Below, piece after piece: positions 28,782 through 38,556 of a stretch of 64,000 nt of DNA; positions within the stretch are counted from its first letter, which is position 1; each line of letters starts with the position of its first letter. The DNA is from an uncultured Chthoniobacterales bacterium (GTDB lineage Bacteria; Verrucomicrobiota; Verrucomicrobiia; Chthoniobacterales; JAATET01). The stretch covers positions 5,049 to 69,048 of the forward strand of contig CAXTSM010000019.1 of NCBI GenBank assembly GCA_964247025.1. Reading direction: 5' to 3'. Under the pieces are notes generated by a model. That model had not been told where the DNA came from. It made no database searches and worked only from the letters and a program-made list of their open reading frames with translations. The translations under genes and the position numbers were made by a program.

Positions 28782-30077
28782 TCAGGACCGGGCGGGCTCG
28801 GCGGCGAGGTCTGCGTCGGGGGTCGGGCCGGGCCCGGAGCCCACGAGGCGGTCGAAGACGGGGGAGGCCATGAGGGTGGTGACGATGGCCATGATGACGA
28901 GCACCGCGAAGAGGCCGGGCGAGATGATGCCGCGCTGGAGGCCGATGTTGATGATGATGAGCTCCATGAGGCCGCGGGCGTTCATGAGGGTGCCGATGCC
29001 GAGGGCCTCGCGGTTCGGCAGGCCGGTGGCGCGGGCGGCGAGCCAGCAAGCGACGCCTTTGCCGAGGATGGCGGCGACGAGGACGGCGCCGCACATGGCC
29101 CAGAGGAAGCCGGTGTTCAGCAGGGCGATGCGGGTGTTGAGGCCCGAGTAGGTGAAGAAGAGCGGGAGGAGCAGGGCAATGGTGAGGGGCTGGATGCGGC
29201 CGATGAGGTCGCGCGAGATGACGCCCCGGGGCATGGCCGCGCCCATGACGAAGGCGCCGAAAACGGCGTGCAGGCCGATCATGTCGGTGAACCACGCGCC
29301 CAGCGCGAGCAGGGCCAGGGCGGTGACGAGGCCGGCCTCGGTGAGGGCGCCGTGGGTGACGAGCCGGGGCTTGAGGCGCTCGAGCAGGGGGCGCAGCCCG
29401 AGGAGGGCGAAGGCGACGTAGGCGAGGCCGCCGCCGATGTTTTGCAGGGCGTGGGTCCAGTTTCGATCGAAGCTCGCGAGGACGACGGCGAGGAGGCACC
29501 AGGCGGTGGCGTCGTCGATGGCGCCCGCGCCCAGGGCCACGGTCCCCATGGTGGTGCCGGTGAGTTTCTTGAAATGAATGATGCGGGCGAGCATCGGGAA
29601 GGCGGTGATGCACATGGCCGCGCCGAGGAAGAGCATGGCTTCCCCCTCCGAGGTGGGTTTCGGGAAAAGATCGGTGAAATGGAAGAACACCCAGCCGAGG
29701 CCGGCGCCCAGCAGGAAGGGCGCGATCATGCCGGCGACGGAGACGGCGATCGAGCTGCGGAGGCGGCGGCGGACGATGTCGACGCGGAATTCCATGCCGA
29801 CGACGAACATGTAGAGCGCGAGCCCGAGCTGGGATGCGGGGAAGAGGTAGCTCTGCGTGTCGCGGGCCTTCTGCGTGGGGTCCCAGGGGAAGATCCCCTG
29901 CTGCGCCTCGGGCCAGACGATCCCGAAGAGCGAGGGGCCGAGCATGACGCCGGCGATCATTTCGGCGACGACCTGCGGCTGGCCGAACCGCTTCGCGACG
30001 GCGCCGACGAGGCGGCAGAAAAGGAGGATGACGGCGAGCTGGAGAAAAAACTGAACGGCGAGGTGCAGGTTATTCAT
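28782..30077 (-). CDS. Cation:proton antiporter (CPA2 / Kef-type membrane domain)
   Basis: 431 aa with about 12 TM segments. The N-terminus QFFLQLAVILLFCRLVGAVAKRFGQPQVVAEMIAGVMLGPS is typical of Na+/H+-K+/H+ exchangers. Confidence 0.85.
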   Translation of the reverse strand: MNNLHLAVQFFLQLAVILLFCRLVGAVAKRFGQPQVVAEMIAGVMLGPSLFGIVWPEAQQGIFPWDPTQKARDTQSYLFPASQLGLALYMFVVGMEFRVDIVRRRLRSSIAVSVAGMIAPFLLGAGLGWVFFHFTDLFPKPTSEGEAMLFLGAAMCITAFPMLARIIHFKKLTGTTMGTVALGAGAIDDATAWCLLAVVLASFDRNWTHALQNIGGGLAYVAFALLGLRPLLERLKPRLVTHGALTEAGLVTALALLALGAWFTDMIGLHAVFGAFVMGAAMPRGVISRDLIGRIQPLTIALLLPLFFTYSGLNTRIALLNTGFLWAMCGAVLVAAILGKGVACWLAARATGLPNREALGIGTLMNARGLMELIIINIGLQRGIISPGLFAVLVIMAIVTTLMASPVFDRLVGSGPGPTPDADLAAEPARS

Positions 30078-30650
30078 GCGGAGTTTTTTTGAGGGGCGGG
30101 GGCGGAGACGTCGAGCCTGGAACGGTGGGACCTGCGGACTCGTCGATCAGGGGACGGCCCGATTGTGGGCGTTGCGACGACCGATAGGGTGAGCGCATGA
30201 GTTCCGTCGTTTCACTCAAGCCCCCCCTGAAATCCCCCGCTCGGACCGCCGGATCCAAGACGCCCCAAAGTTCCCCGGCGCTGCGCCCCGCGACGCCGGC
30301 CGGAACGTTCCGCCCCCAGGAACTCGTCCTGAGACCGACGCCGTTGCGCCGCTATTTCGAATAATTTCCCTTCGACTTTTCCCCCCGCAAAATCCGCCCG
30401 ACGGTCTCGCGATCGTCGGGCGGCCTGGCGTCCGGACCCGACCGGCCGCGCTGGGGTCGGGCTTTCGTTCGCTGGTGGAGCATCGCCCGGGGAGAGGCGT
30501 CCGCCGTCCCCGCGGCTTTTGCGCGCCTTCGAGCCCCAAGCCTCCCGCGGGACGATGGCGCCGTGGACGCCGCCTCGCGAGTCGATTCGCCCTTGCGGCG
30601 ACGGGGGAAGCAAGGAAGGGTGGCGCCAGGTTTTTTACGATGTTTTTACG

Positions 30651-30941
30651 ATGAAATCCCGGCTCGTTCCCTTTTTGACGCTCGTGGTGCTGGTCTGCCT
30701 CGGGGGGTTGTTCGTCCAGCATCATTATTACCAGACGCTTTTCGCCCGGCAGGAGCAGGCGATCGCCTTGGCGCAATCGCGGTCGGACGCGTTGCGCAAG
30801 GAGGCCGCGACGGCCCGGCAGGCGGACGCCAAGCGGCAGGCCGCCCATGCGGCGTTGATCTCCGCGCAGACGCTGGCGCCGCGCTACGACTCGCTGCGGA
30901 AGATTACCGGCTACGAGAAAAAAACGACGACCCGGAACTAG
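30651..30941 (+). CDS. Small membrane-anchored hypothetical protein (96 aa)
   Basis: Internal ATG of ORF 30519..30941 gives MKSRLVPFLTLVVLVCLGGLFV (one TM), then a charged helical tail. Confidence 0.45.
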   Translation: MKSRLVPFLTLVVLVCLGGLFVQHHYYQTLFARQEQAIALAQSRSDALRKEAATARQADAKRQAAHAALISAQTLAPRYDSLRKITGYEKKTTTRN

Positions 30942-30986
30942 GGAGGGTGAATCGGGACGGCGAACCGACGCGGCGCGGGGCTTCGT

Positions 30987-31080
30987 TGTCGCCGCCCCGC
31001 TCCGTCGGCGCGACGGGGGGACGCGTGATCTCGCGCGGCCCGGCGACGGAGCGCCCCGGCCACAAAAAAGTGCCGGGGCG
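30987..31080 (+). repeat. Solo, divergent copy of the 103-109-bp structured repeat family
   Basis: TGTCGCCGCCCCGCTCCGTCGG...GGCGACGGAGCGCC...CCCCGGCACAAAAAAGTGCCGGGG aligns by eye to the array unit at 44481. Includes a 9-bp perfect stem with an A6 loop. Confidence 0.6.
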
Positions 31081-31138
31081 GATTCATGACGGGGAGAAAT
31101 CCATCCGCGTGAACTCGCGCCAGGGTTCTTTGCCGCCC

Positions 31139-31612
31139 CTACCGGATGCGGTATTTTCCGTCGCCGACGCTGAGGACCTGGATGCGGACCGGGGCGGTGC
31201 CGCGCTCGTAGAAGCCGAGTTTTTTCGCCACGGGCGCGGTGACGTCGAGAATGCGGTTCCCGACGTAGGGGCCGCGGTCGTTCAGGCGGATGACGGTGCG
31301 GCGGCCGTTCCGCAGGTTGGTGATCCGCACGCGGCACGGGAGGGGCAGGGTCTTGTGCGCGCCGCCGGTGGTCCAGCCATACATTTTTTCGCCCAGGGCG
31401 GTCTTTCCGGGGAAGATGAACCAGCCTTCGTGGTAATGCGAGGCGATGCCCTCCTCGGTGAATCCGAGCGCCTCGCGCGGGCTCATGGGGACGTAATATT
31501 GCCCGCGCACGGTGTAGGGCCGGTATTTGTAGCCGCGGTAGCCGCCGCCGCCCGCGCAACCCGCGAGCGCGGCGGCCGCGAGCAGGACGAGGGTGAGGCG
31601 GGCGCGGCTCAT
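31139..31612 (-). CDS. rlpA: Septal-ring lytic transglycosylase RlpA family lipoprotein
   Basis: Lipobox AALAGC. The DPBB region is GIASHYHEGWF...GEKMYGWTTGGAHKTLPLPCRVRITNLRNGRRTVIRLNDRGPY. ATGA overlap with the upstream gene. Confidence 0.85.
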   Translation of the reverse strand: MSRARLTLVLLAAAALAGCAGGGGYRGYKYRPYTVRGQYYVPMSPREALGFTEEGIASHYHEGWFIFPGKTALGEKMYGWTTGGAHKTLPLPCRVRITNLRNGRRTVIRLNDRGPYVGNRILDVTAPVAKKLGFYERGTAPVRIQVLSVGDGKYRIR

Positions 31613-32610
31613 TCGGCGGGGAAACTGGCCAGCAGCTCCGCGGCGTGCACCGTGGCGGTGCCGAGCTTGCCGACGACGATGCCGGCGGCGTGGTTCGCGA
31701 CCTCGGCGGCCTCGCGGGGCGTGGCGCCGGCGACGAGGGCGAGCGTGTAGAGCGAGATGGCGGTGTCGCCCGCGCCGGAGACGTCGAAGACCTCCTGTGC
31801 CCGGGTCGGCGTGTGGTAGGGCGCCTTTTCGCGATCGAACAAGATCATCCCATGCTCGCTGAGGGTGACCAGCAATTGCCCGACGTCCCAACGCTCGACG
31901 AGCCGGCGGCCGACCTCGAGCAGCGGCGCGTCCCGGAGCGGATCGTCGGCGGGCTCGCCGTTCGGCACGCCCGCGGCGGCGAAGGCCTCGGAACGGTTCG
32001 GCTTGATGGCGGTGACGCCCGACCAGTCGAGGGGATTGCCGGGATTCGGATCCACGGTCACCACGACGCCGCGCGGGGCGGCGAGGGCGCAGACGGCGTC
32101 CTTGAGCGCCTGCACGATCAATCCCTTTCCGTAATCCTCGAAAATAATCGCGTCGGTCTCGGGCAGCACGCGCCCGACTCGGGCGAGAATGGCGGCGAGC
32201 GTATCCGCGGAGGGCGCGGCGCGTTTTTCGCGGTCCACGCGCACGACCTGCTGCTGCCGCGCGATGATGCGGGTCTTCACGATCGTGGGGAGGCCGGGGA
32301 CCTCCACGAGGCAGTCGGTGGCGATGTTTTCGTGGGCGAGCAGGGTGCGGAGCTGCGCGCCGTAGGCATCGGATCCGATGGCCCCGAGCACGCGCACGCC
32401 GCGGGTGAACTCGGCGAGATTCCGCGCGACGTTCGCCGCGCCGCCGGGATAGCTGGTCTCCCGCGAGACCTCCACCACCGGCACCGGCGCCTCGGGCGAT
32501 ATCCGGGAGACCCGGCCCCACACGAATTCATCCAGCATGACGTCGCCGATCACCAAAACCCGCTTCGAGGATGCGGCGGCAAGGATGTTGTGTATTTTAT
32601 CGCGATTCAT
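31609..32610 (-). CDS. D-glycero-beta-D-manno-heptose-7-phosphate kinase (RfaE domain I, PfkB family)
   Basis: MNRDKIHNIL...VLVIGDVMLDEFVWG, GGAANVARN, DVSGAGDT. Start at the internal ATG. Confidence 0.8.
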   Translation of the reverse strand: MNRDKIHNILAAASSKRVLVIGDVMLDEFVWGRVSRISPEAPVPVVEVSRETSYPGGAANVARNLAEFTRGVRVLGAIGSDAYGAQLRTLLAHENIATDCLVEVPGLPTIVKTRIIARQQQVVRVDREKRAAPSADTLAAILARVGRVLPETDAIIFEDYGKGLIVQALKDAVCALAAPRGVVVTVDPNPGNPLDWSGVTAIKPNRSEAFAAAGVPNGEPADDPLRDAPLLEVGRRLVERWDVGQLLVTLSEHGMILFDREKAPYHTPTRAQEVFDVSGAGDTAISLYTLALVAGATPREAAEVANHAAGIVVGKLGTATVHAAELLASFPAE

Positions 32611-32674
32611 TAAGGATACCTGCCGGCGACCGATTTGTCCGAGGCCGCCGGACACTAAATAGAACGCGCTCATT

Positions 32675-33493
32675 ATGCGAATCCCCATTTTTGGAAAACC
32701 CGCCGTCTCGGCCCTGCTGGCCCTCGCCGGCGCCGCCTTCCTTCACGCCGAATCCGCCCCCGAGCAGATCGACCTTTCCCAATTCCCCGGCGCCGCCGTG
32801 CAGGACGTCGTCGTCCCCGTGCCGAGCGAGGTCTTCAACGTCCTCGACAAGCTCGGCTCGCCGAACTGGAAGGGCGAGCTCCGCGAGAGCCTCGGCAAGA
32901 ACTCCGGCAACCGGCCCCAGGTCGCCCTCCTGCTCGGCACCGTCATCGCCGAGGGCTTCATCGCCGTCGAGGCCGAGGACAGCGAGCGCGTCAAGCAGAT
33001 CGGCCGCGACGTGCTCGACCTCTCCCGCGCCGTCGGCGTGGAGAAAGCCGTCGTCGCCCGCAGCAAGGCCATCGTCGACAAGGCCGACGCCCGCGATTGG
33101 TCCGGCGCCCGCCGGGAGCTCGACGGCGCCCTGCAGGACGTCCGCGGCGCGATGAACGAGCTCAACGACGAGGACCTCGCCCAGCTCGTCAGCCTGGGCG
33201 GCTGGGTCCGCGGCACCGAGGTGCTCACCTCCATCGTGCAGAAGGATTACAAGGCGAACCGCGCCGAGCTCCTCCACCAGCCCGAGCTGCTGAACTATTT
33301 CAACCGCCGCCTCGACGACATGAACCCCCGCCTCCGCAAGAGCGGGCTCGTCTCCCAGCTCAAGACCATGCTGAACGAAATCCGCCCGCTCATCCTCGAG
33401 GGCGAGGGCCGCAAGATCAGCCCGGCCAACGTCGACCGCATCCACGCCGTGACCAATCAGATGGTCCTGACAATCACGTCGACCGACGCCTAA
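32675..33493 (+). CDS. Secreted hypothetical protein (272 aa, helical)
   Basis: Signal peptide MRIPIFGKPAVSALLALAGAAFLHA. No family recognised. Confidence 0.6.
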   Translation: MRIPIFGKPAVSALLALAGAAFLHAESAPEQIDLSQFPGAAVQDVVVPVPSEVFNVLDKLGSPNWKGELRESLGKNSGNRPQVALLLGTVIAEGFIAVEAEDSERVKQIGRDVLDLSRAVGVEKAVVARSKAIVDKADARDWSGARRELDGALQDVRGAMNELNDEDLAQLVSLGGWVRGTEVLTSIVQKDYKANRAELLHQPELLNYFNRRLDDMNPRLRKSGLVSQLKTMLNEIRPLILEGEGRKISPANVDRIHAVTNQMVLTITSTDA

Positions 33494-33503
33494 CCAACTC
33501 CTT

Positions 33504-33932
33504 GTGAAAATCCGTCTCCGATCAGCGATTCTCGTTCTGCTGGCCCTTCCCCTCCTGGCTCACGCCACCGTCGACGACGCCTTGTCGTTCGCCTACGAGG
33601 CCGCCACGCCCTACGTCAAGGAAGGCTACACCTTCCGCGAGGATGCCTGGGGCGGAGACCTCGGCGTCGGCGACCAGAAGGCCGTCACCGCGCAGCTTTT
33701 CCGCGGGAACGACTATTGGTTCTGCCTCGGCACCGACGCGGATAACGCCGTCGTCACCGTCCACGTCTACGATTCCAAGGGCAAGATCGCCGAGACCCAG
33801 AGCTGGCAGAAAGGCCGCTTCGCCGGCGCCATGGTGAACCCGAAGCAGACCGGCACCTACTACGCCATCGTCGAGGTCAAGAAATCCCCGCAGGAACGCA
33901 CCCCCTGGGCCCTCGTCTACGGCTACCGCTGA
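33504..33932 (+). CDS. Secreted hypothetical protein (142 aa)
   Basis: GTG start, signal peptide KIRLRSAILVLLALPLLAHA. No family recognised. Confidence 0.6.
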   Translation: MKIRLRSAILVLLALPLLAHATVDDALSFAYEAATPYVKEGYTFREDAWGGDLGVGDQKAVTAQLFRGNDYWFCLGTDADNAVVTVHVYDSKGKIAETQSWQKGRFAGAMVNPKQTGTYYAIVEVKKSPQERTPWALVYGYR

Positions 33933-33933
33933 C

Positions 33934-34935
33934 ATGCACCCGACCTCGCCCGTGCCCGGCACTTCCCCAGGCGGAGCCACGATCGAGTTCGAAAACGCGC
34001 GGGCGCTTCAGGCGCTCTACGCGAACGACGAGAAGCTCCTCAAGGAACTCGAGGCCGAGCTCGGCGTGCGCGTCGTCGCCCGCGACAACGTCCTGCGCCT
34101 CGAGGGCGACCCGGTCCAGATCGAGCGCGTGCGCCAGCTCTTCCAAGAGCTGGAGGAGGCCCGCCGCCGCGGCCTCGCGATCCGCGGCCACGAATTCCGC
34201 TACGCCCTGAGGAACATCGCCGGCGGCGAGAAGAAAAACCTCTCCCGCCTCCTCGACCACAAGATCCTCTGCTCCTCGCGCAAGCCTCCCATCGTGCCGA
34301 AAACCGAGGGCCAGAGCGGCTACGTCGAGATGATCCGCTCGCACGACATCACCTTCGGCGTCGGCCCCGCCGGCACCGGCAAGACCTACCTCGCCATGGC
34401 TCTCGCCGTGGAGGCCCTCAAGCAGGAAAAAGTCAGCCGCATCATTCTCACCCGCCCCGCCGTCGAGGCCGGCGAAGCCCTCGGCTTCCTCCCCGGCGAC
34501 CTCCAGGAAAAACTCCTCCCCTACCTCCGCCCGCTCTACGACGCCCTCCACGACATGCTCGAGGTCGAGGAGCTCCAGCGGCACATGGACCGCGGCGTCA
34601 TCGAGATCGCCCCCCTCGCCTACATGCGCGGCCGCACCCTCAGCAATGCGTTCATCATCCTCGACGAATCGCAGAACACCACCACCGAGCAGATGTTCAT
34701 GTTTCTCACCCGCCTCGGCGCGGATTCCAAATGCGTCGTCACCGGCGACCGCACCCAGATCGATCTCCCCCGCAACAAGCGCTCCGGCCTCATCGAGGCC
34801 GTCGAGGCCCTCCGCCCCGTCGACGGCATCGGGTTCCATTTTTTCCAGGAGTCGGACGTCGTCCGCCACCCCCTCGTGCAGCGCATCCTCCGCGCCTACC
34901 GCAAGCACCGCGGCCTGCAGGAAAACGCGGTGTGA
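33934..34935 (+). CDS. phoH: PhoH family ATPase
   Basis: Walker A GPAGTGKTYLAMA, PGDLQEKL and ILDESQN motifs. Confidence 0.9.
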   Translation: MHPTSPVPGTSPGGATIEFENARALQALYANDEKLLKELEAELGVRVVARDNVLRLEGDPVQIERVRQLFQELEEARRRGLAIRGHEFRYALRNIAGGEKKNLSRLLDHKILCSSRKPPIVPKTEGQSGYVEMIRSHDITFGVGPAGTGKTYLAMALAVEALKQEKVSRIILTRPAVEAGEALGFLPGDLQEKLLPYLRPLYDALHDMLEVEELQRHMDRGVIEIAPLAYMRGRTLSNAFIILDESQNTTTEQMFMFLTRLGADSKCVVTGDRTQIDLPRNKRSGLIEAVEALRPVDGIGFHFFQESDVVRHPLVQRILRAYRKHRGLQENAV

Positions 34936-35020
34936 ATCTCGAATGTCGGTTCGTTCCCTCGTCCCTCTTTCTTTTGATCCGCGAAAATCTGCGTAATCCG
35001 CGGACCATCCCCGAACTCGC

Positions 35021-36592
35021 ATGTGGAAAATCTTCCAACGCCGCCGGCTGATCAGCCAGGGCCTGAGCAGCCCGAAGATCCGTCGCCGGCAGGTTGACCG
35101 CCCGATCCTCGAGGCGCTGGAATGCCGCTGGCCCGCCAAGATCGCCATCATGGCGGCCTTCAACGTCGGGCTCGCCGTCCTCATTTTTTCCGGCGTGCAG
35201 GCCGAGCCCCTCAAGCACTTCCTCATCTGCGCGCTCGTCTTCGCCACCGCGATGACCGCGCTCTGGATCAACTACCCCCGCAGCTTCGACAGCAACACGC
35301 GCCTCCTCCTCATCCTCTCCGTCTGCTTCCTCCAGCTCACCGGCGTCCGTCTCATCCTCGCCAACGCCGTCAACCCCGACCTCGCCCCGCTGCTCTTCCC
35401 CTACGCCTTCGCCCCGCTCGTGCTCTCCGTGCTCATCGGCCGGCACCACGGCCTCTACGCCGCCCTCTTCTGCAGCCTCTGGGGCATGTTCCTGCTGCCC
35501 ACCTTCACGCCCTCCTTCATCGTCCTCTCCCTCATCAGCGGCTTCATCGCCGTCTTCGTCACCCTCCAGGTGCGCCGCCGCAGCCGCCTCATTCGCGCCG
35601 GCCTCTACGTCGGCATCGCGACCTTCATCCTGGCGGTCATCTTCGGCCTCATCAGCCCGATCAAGATGGCCGGCACCGACTGGCGCATGATCGGCTGGCA
35701 GAGCCTCTTCGCCGTCGGCATGGGCATCGCCACCGCCATCGTCGTCAGCGGGATCCTCCCCGCGCTCGAGGCCATCTTCAACATCACCACCGACATCTCC
35801 TGGCTCGAAATGGCGGACATGAACCACCCGCTGCTCCGCCGCCTTTCCATGGAGGCGCCCGGCACCTACCACCACAGCCTCGCCGTCGCCAACCTCGCCG
35901 AGGCCGCCGCCGAGGCCGTCGAGGCGAACCCCACGATCTGCCGCGTCTGCTCCTATTTCCACGACGTGGGCAAGCTCGTGAAACCCGAGTATTTCACCGA
36001 GAACATGCCCCCGGGCCACAACCCGCACGACGAGCTCACCCCCACCATGAGCGCGCTCATCATCATCGCGCACGTCAAGGAAGGCGTGGACCTCGCCCTC
36101 AAGAACCGCCTGAACCCGCTTCTCGTCGACGCGATCAACCAGCACCACGGCACCTCGCTCGTCAGCTACTTCCACCAGCGCGCCCTCCGCCAGCAGGAGG
36201 ACGCCCGCCTCGGCGGAAAAATCATGAACCTCCGCGAAGACGACATCCCCGAGGTCAGCGAGGCCAGCTTCCGCTACCCCGGCCCGCGGCCGCAGACCAA
36301 GGAAATCGCCATCGTCAGCCTCGCCGACACGGTCGAGAGCGCCTCCCGCTCGCTCGAGCGCCCCACCGCCCAGCGCATCGAGGATCTCGTCAACGACCTC
36401 ATCGACGCCCGCATCGCCGACCACCAACTCGACGAATGCCCGCTCACCCTCGCCGAGATCCGGCGCGTCGCCGAGAGCTTCCGCTCCACCCTCGCGAGCA
36501 TGATGCACTCGCGCGTCGCCTACCCCGCCCGCCGCGAGGCGAAGGACACCAAAAATCTTGCCGCAAAACGCTCCGAGCAATCCGCCGCCTAG
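35021..36592 (+). CDS. 7TM-HD membrane phosphohydrolase (PgpH/YqfF-like)
   Basis: Multi-TM N-terminal region followed by an HD domain (HHSLAVANLAEAAA...HDVGK). Confidence 0.85.
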   Translation: MWKIFQRRRLISQGLSSPKIRRRQVDRPILEALECRWPAKIAIMAAFNVGLAVLIFSGVQAEPLKHFLICALVFATAMTALWINYPRSFDSNTRLLLILSVCFLQLTGVRLILANAVNPDLAPLLFPYAFAPLVLSVLIGRHHGLYAALFCSLWGMFLLPTFTPSFIVLSLISGFIAVFVTLQVRRRSRLIRAGLYVGIATFILAVIFGLISPIKMAGTDWRMIGWQSLFAVGMGIATAIVVSGILPALEAIFNITTDISWLEMADMNHPLLRRLSMEAPGTYHHSLAVANLAEAAAEAVEANPTICRVCSYFHDVGKLVKPEYFTENMPPGHNPHDELTPTMSALIIIAHVKEGVDLALKNRLNPLLVDAINQHHGTSLVSYFHQRALRQQEDARLGGKIMNLREDDIPEVSEASFRYPGPRPQTKEIAIVSLADTVESASRSLERPTAQRIEDLVNDLIDARIADHQLDECPLTLAEIRRVAESFRSTLASMMHSRVAYPARREAKDTKNLAAKRSEQSAA

Positions 36593-37076
36593 GAGACGTG
36601 GCCGGATCCCGTCCGGTCATCGGCTGGAAGCCGATGCCCCTTTTCCCGTCCTCTCCCTCGCCAACCGCCAGCGCACCCTTAAAATCAACCTCCCGCGCCT
36701 CCGCCGCCTCCTCGCGAAAGCCCTCCCGCTCTGCCTCGCGGAAAATGGCCCGCTCTCCCAGCGGCTCGCGGGCCTTCCGGAAATCTCCGCCTGCATCGTG
36801 TCCCCGGCCACGATGAGTCGAGTGCACCTCGCTTTCCTCGGCCTCGCCGGCCCGACCGACGTCATCACGTTCCCCTACGGCGAGATCCTCGTCTGCGCCG
36901 CCGTCGCCGCGGAGAACGCCGCCCGCTACGGCAACCCGCTCGACGACGAGCTCGCGCTCTACGTCATCCATGGCCTCCTGCACCTCAATGGCTACGACGA
37001 CCTCGAAAAATCCGCCGCCCGCCAAATGCGCGCCCGGCAGGCAAAGATTTTGAATGCCGCGCAAAAAACGCGTTAG
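36558..37076 (+). CDS. ybeY: rRNA maturation endoribonuclease YbeY
   Basis: VITFPYGEI...YVIHGLLHLNGYDD metal-binding motif. ATG 36558 is the only canonical in-frame start and overlaps the previous gene by 35 nt. Confidence 0.8.
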   Translation: MPQNAPSNPPPRRRGRIPSGHRLEADAPFPVLSLANRQRTLKINLPRLRRLLAKALPLCLAENGPLSQRLAGLPEISACIVSPATMSRVHLAFLGLAGPTDVITFPYGEILVCAAVAAENAARYGNPLDDELALYVIHGLLHLNGYDDLEKSAARQMRARQAKILNAAQKTR

Positions 37077-37091
37077 ATTACCGGCCATCGC

Positions 37092-37679
37092 ATGAATCCG
37101 ATCTCCGAAGTCGAAAATCCCGCCGAGCTCCGCCACGGCCTCGGGCCGATCTGGGCCGCCACGCGCGTCGCGAATCCCGATTTCGCCATCGGCGGCGCGG
37201 TGACCTTTCACGCGAGCGCCGTCTTCGCCGTGTCCGCCGTCGCCTGGCGGGAAAGCGTCTTCCAGCCCGTTCTCCTCCCCGCGCTGCGCGCCGCCTTGAA
37301 CCACGCCCGCCGCGCCGAGGTCCGCGAGCTCGCCGCGCTCGACCGCCGCCTCTCCGAGCAACTGCCCGCCGGCACGCACGCGGCCAGCCTCCGCGCCGGC
37401 CACCGCCTCGCGCTTCGCGGCCGCGAGCTTCGCGGCGACCGCCTGCTGCCCCGCCTCGCGGAGAACATCCGCGCCGGCGCCGCCCCCGGCCATTTCGCGG
37501 TCATTTTCGCCGCGCGTTGCGCCGCCTTTTCGCTTCCCGACCGCACCGCGGTGGGCGCGTATCTTTTCCAGGAAATGGGCGCCGGCGCCCCGGCCGCGCC
37601 CGTCGCGGAAGTCTGCGATTTCGTCGCCGCCTGCCTGGAGCCGTTGGGCGGGCCCGCCTTCGAGCTTCGCGCCGCGTAG
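37092..37679 (+). CDS. Hypothetical protein (195 aa, Ala/Arg-rich, helical)
   Basis: ORF 37092..37679 on the coding strand of the operon. No family recognised. Confidence 0.5.
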   Translation: MNPISEVENPAELRHGLGPIWAATRVANPDFAIGGAVTFHASAVFAVSAVAWRESVFQPVLLPALRAALNHARRAEVRELAALDRRLSEQLPAGTHAASLRAGHRLALRGRELRGDRLLPRLAENIRAGAAPGHFAVIFAARCAAFSLPDRTAVGAYLFQEMGAGAPAAPVAEVCDFVAACLEPLGGPAFELRAA

Positions 37680-37691
37680 GTTCCCGCCGTC

Positions 37692-37979
37692 ATGGCCACG
37701 AAGACGACCGAGCAACCCGCGAGCCGCACCGAGACCGAAGTCGCGCCGCCGTGGAGCGTCGTCGTGCACAACGACCCGGTGAACCTCATGAGCTACGTCG
37801 CGCTGGTCTTCCGCCGAATCTTCGGCTTCCCGGAGGAACGCGCGCGGCGGCACATGCTGGAAGTGCACGAACGCGGCCGATCCGTCGTCTGGACCGGTGA
37901 ACGCGAGAAGGCCGAGCTCTACGTCCAGCAGCTCCACGGCTACCTCCTGCTCGCCACGCTCGAACGCGCCGGCGACTGA
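37692..37979 (+). CDS. clpS: ATP-dependent Clp protease adaptor ClpS
   Basis: WSVVVHNDPVNLMSYVALVFRRIFGF...MLEVHERGRSVV is the canonical ClpS core. Confidence 0.9.
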   Translation: MATKTTEQPASRTETEVAPPWSVVVHNDPVNLMSYVALVFRRIFGFPEERARRHMLEVHERGRSVVWTGEREKAELYVQQLHGYLLLATLERAGD

Positions 37980-38010
37980 GCCCAAAATCGAACCCCGAAT
38001 GTTTTACCCC

Positions 38011-38037
38011 CATCCGTGCCATCCGTGCCATCCGTGG
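38011..38037. repeat. Tandem 9-mer CATCCGTGC x2 + CATCCGTGG
   Basis: Read directly in the clpS/DUF2017 spacer. It has the same oligomer as the arm at 54082-54108. No complementary arm found nearby. Confidence 0.8.
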
Positions 38038-38062
38038 TCAAAACCCGCCCGCTGACCGCATC

Positions 38063-38551
38063 ATGGAGTTCTACGTCACCGGCAAGACTCGGCTCGGCTT
38101 CCGCCGCATCCACCCGCTCCTCGCCGAGCTGGTGCGAAGCCTGCCGTCCATCGTCGATCCGGACGCCCTCTCGCCCGCCGCCGAGCAGCGCATCTATCCG
38201 CCGCCGACCACGGGCGAGGACCTCGACGAGCTGCGATCCGACTGGAAGGCCTTCGTCGAACCCGGGCTCCAGGAGCATTTCCGCTCCGCGCGCGACGTCG
38301 TCGCCGCCGACCTGAAAAGCCTTGCGCCGAAGAAGGACGAATTCGAATTCGCCATCCCGCTCAAGCACGCCGAGTCGTGGCTGAACGTCCTGAACCAGGC
38401 CCGCCTTACCCTCGCCGCCGACCTCGACTTCGACGAGACGCTGCTCGGCTCGACCGAGGCGCCGGACCTCGCGAGCGACCGCGGCCAGGTGACCTTTCGC
38501 ATCAATCTCTATGCCTTCATGCAGCAATGCCTCATCGAGCAGCTGGAATGA
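38063..38551 (+). CDS. DUF2017-like protein (ClpS-associated)
   Basis: 162-aa acidic protein directly after clpS. I recall this pairing as typical for DUF2017. Confidence 0.55.
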   Translation: MEFYVTGKTRLGFRRIHPLLAELVRSLPSIVDPDALSPAAEQRIYPPPTTGEDLDELRSDWKAFVEPGLQEHFRSARDVVAADLKSLAPKKDEFEFAIPLKHAESWLNVLNQARLTLAADLDFDETLLGSTEAPDLASDRGQVTFRINLYAFMQQCLIEQLE

Positions 38552-38556
38552 ATTTT

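Noticed and set aside
30078-30300. c-di-AMP (ydaO-type) or other riboswitch in the antiporter leader
   Set aside because: I could not find the conserved ydaO blocks as I remember them on the minus strand. It is kept only as an unexplained spacer.
34976-35003. ATCCGCG/ATCTGCG oligomer run sharing CTGCGTAATC..CCGCGG with the cassette right end, as another cassette relic
   Set aside because: The similarity is short, the left partner (34925-34935) lies in the phoH coding sequence, and the two are only weakly complementary. It is noted as a possible lone arm only.
34790-37985. Long minus-strand ORFs 34790..36580 and 36444..37985
   Set aside because: They are antisense to the phoH / HD-hydrolase / ybeY / clpS operon, whose plus-strand products carry clear motifs.
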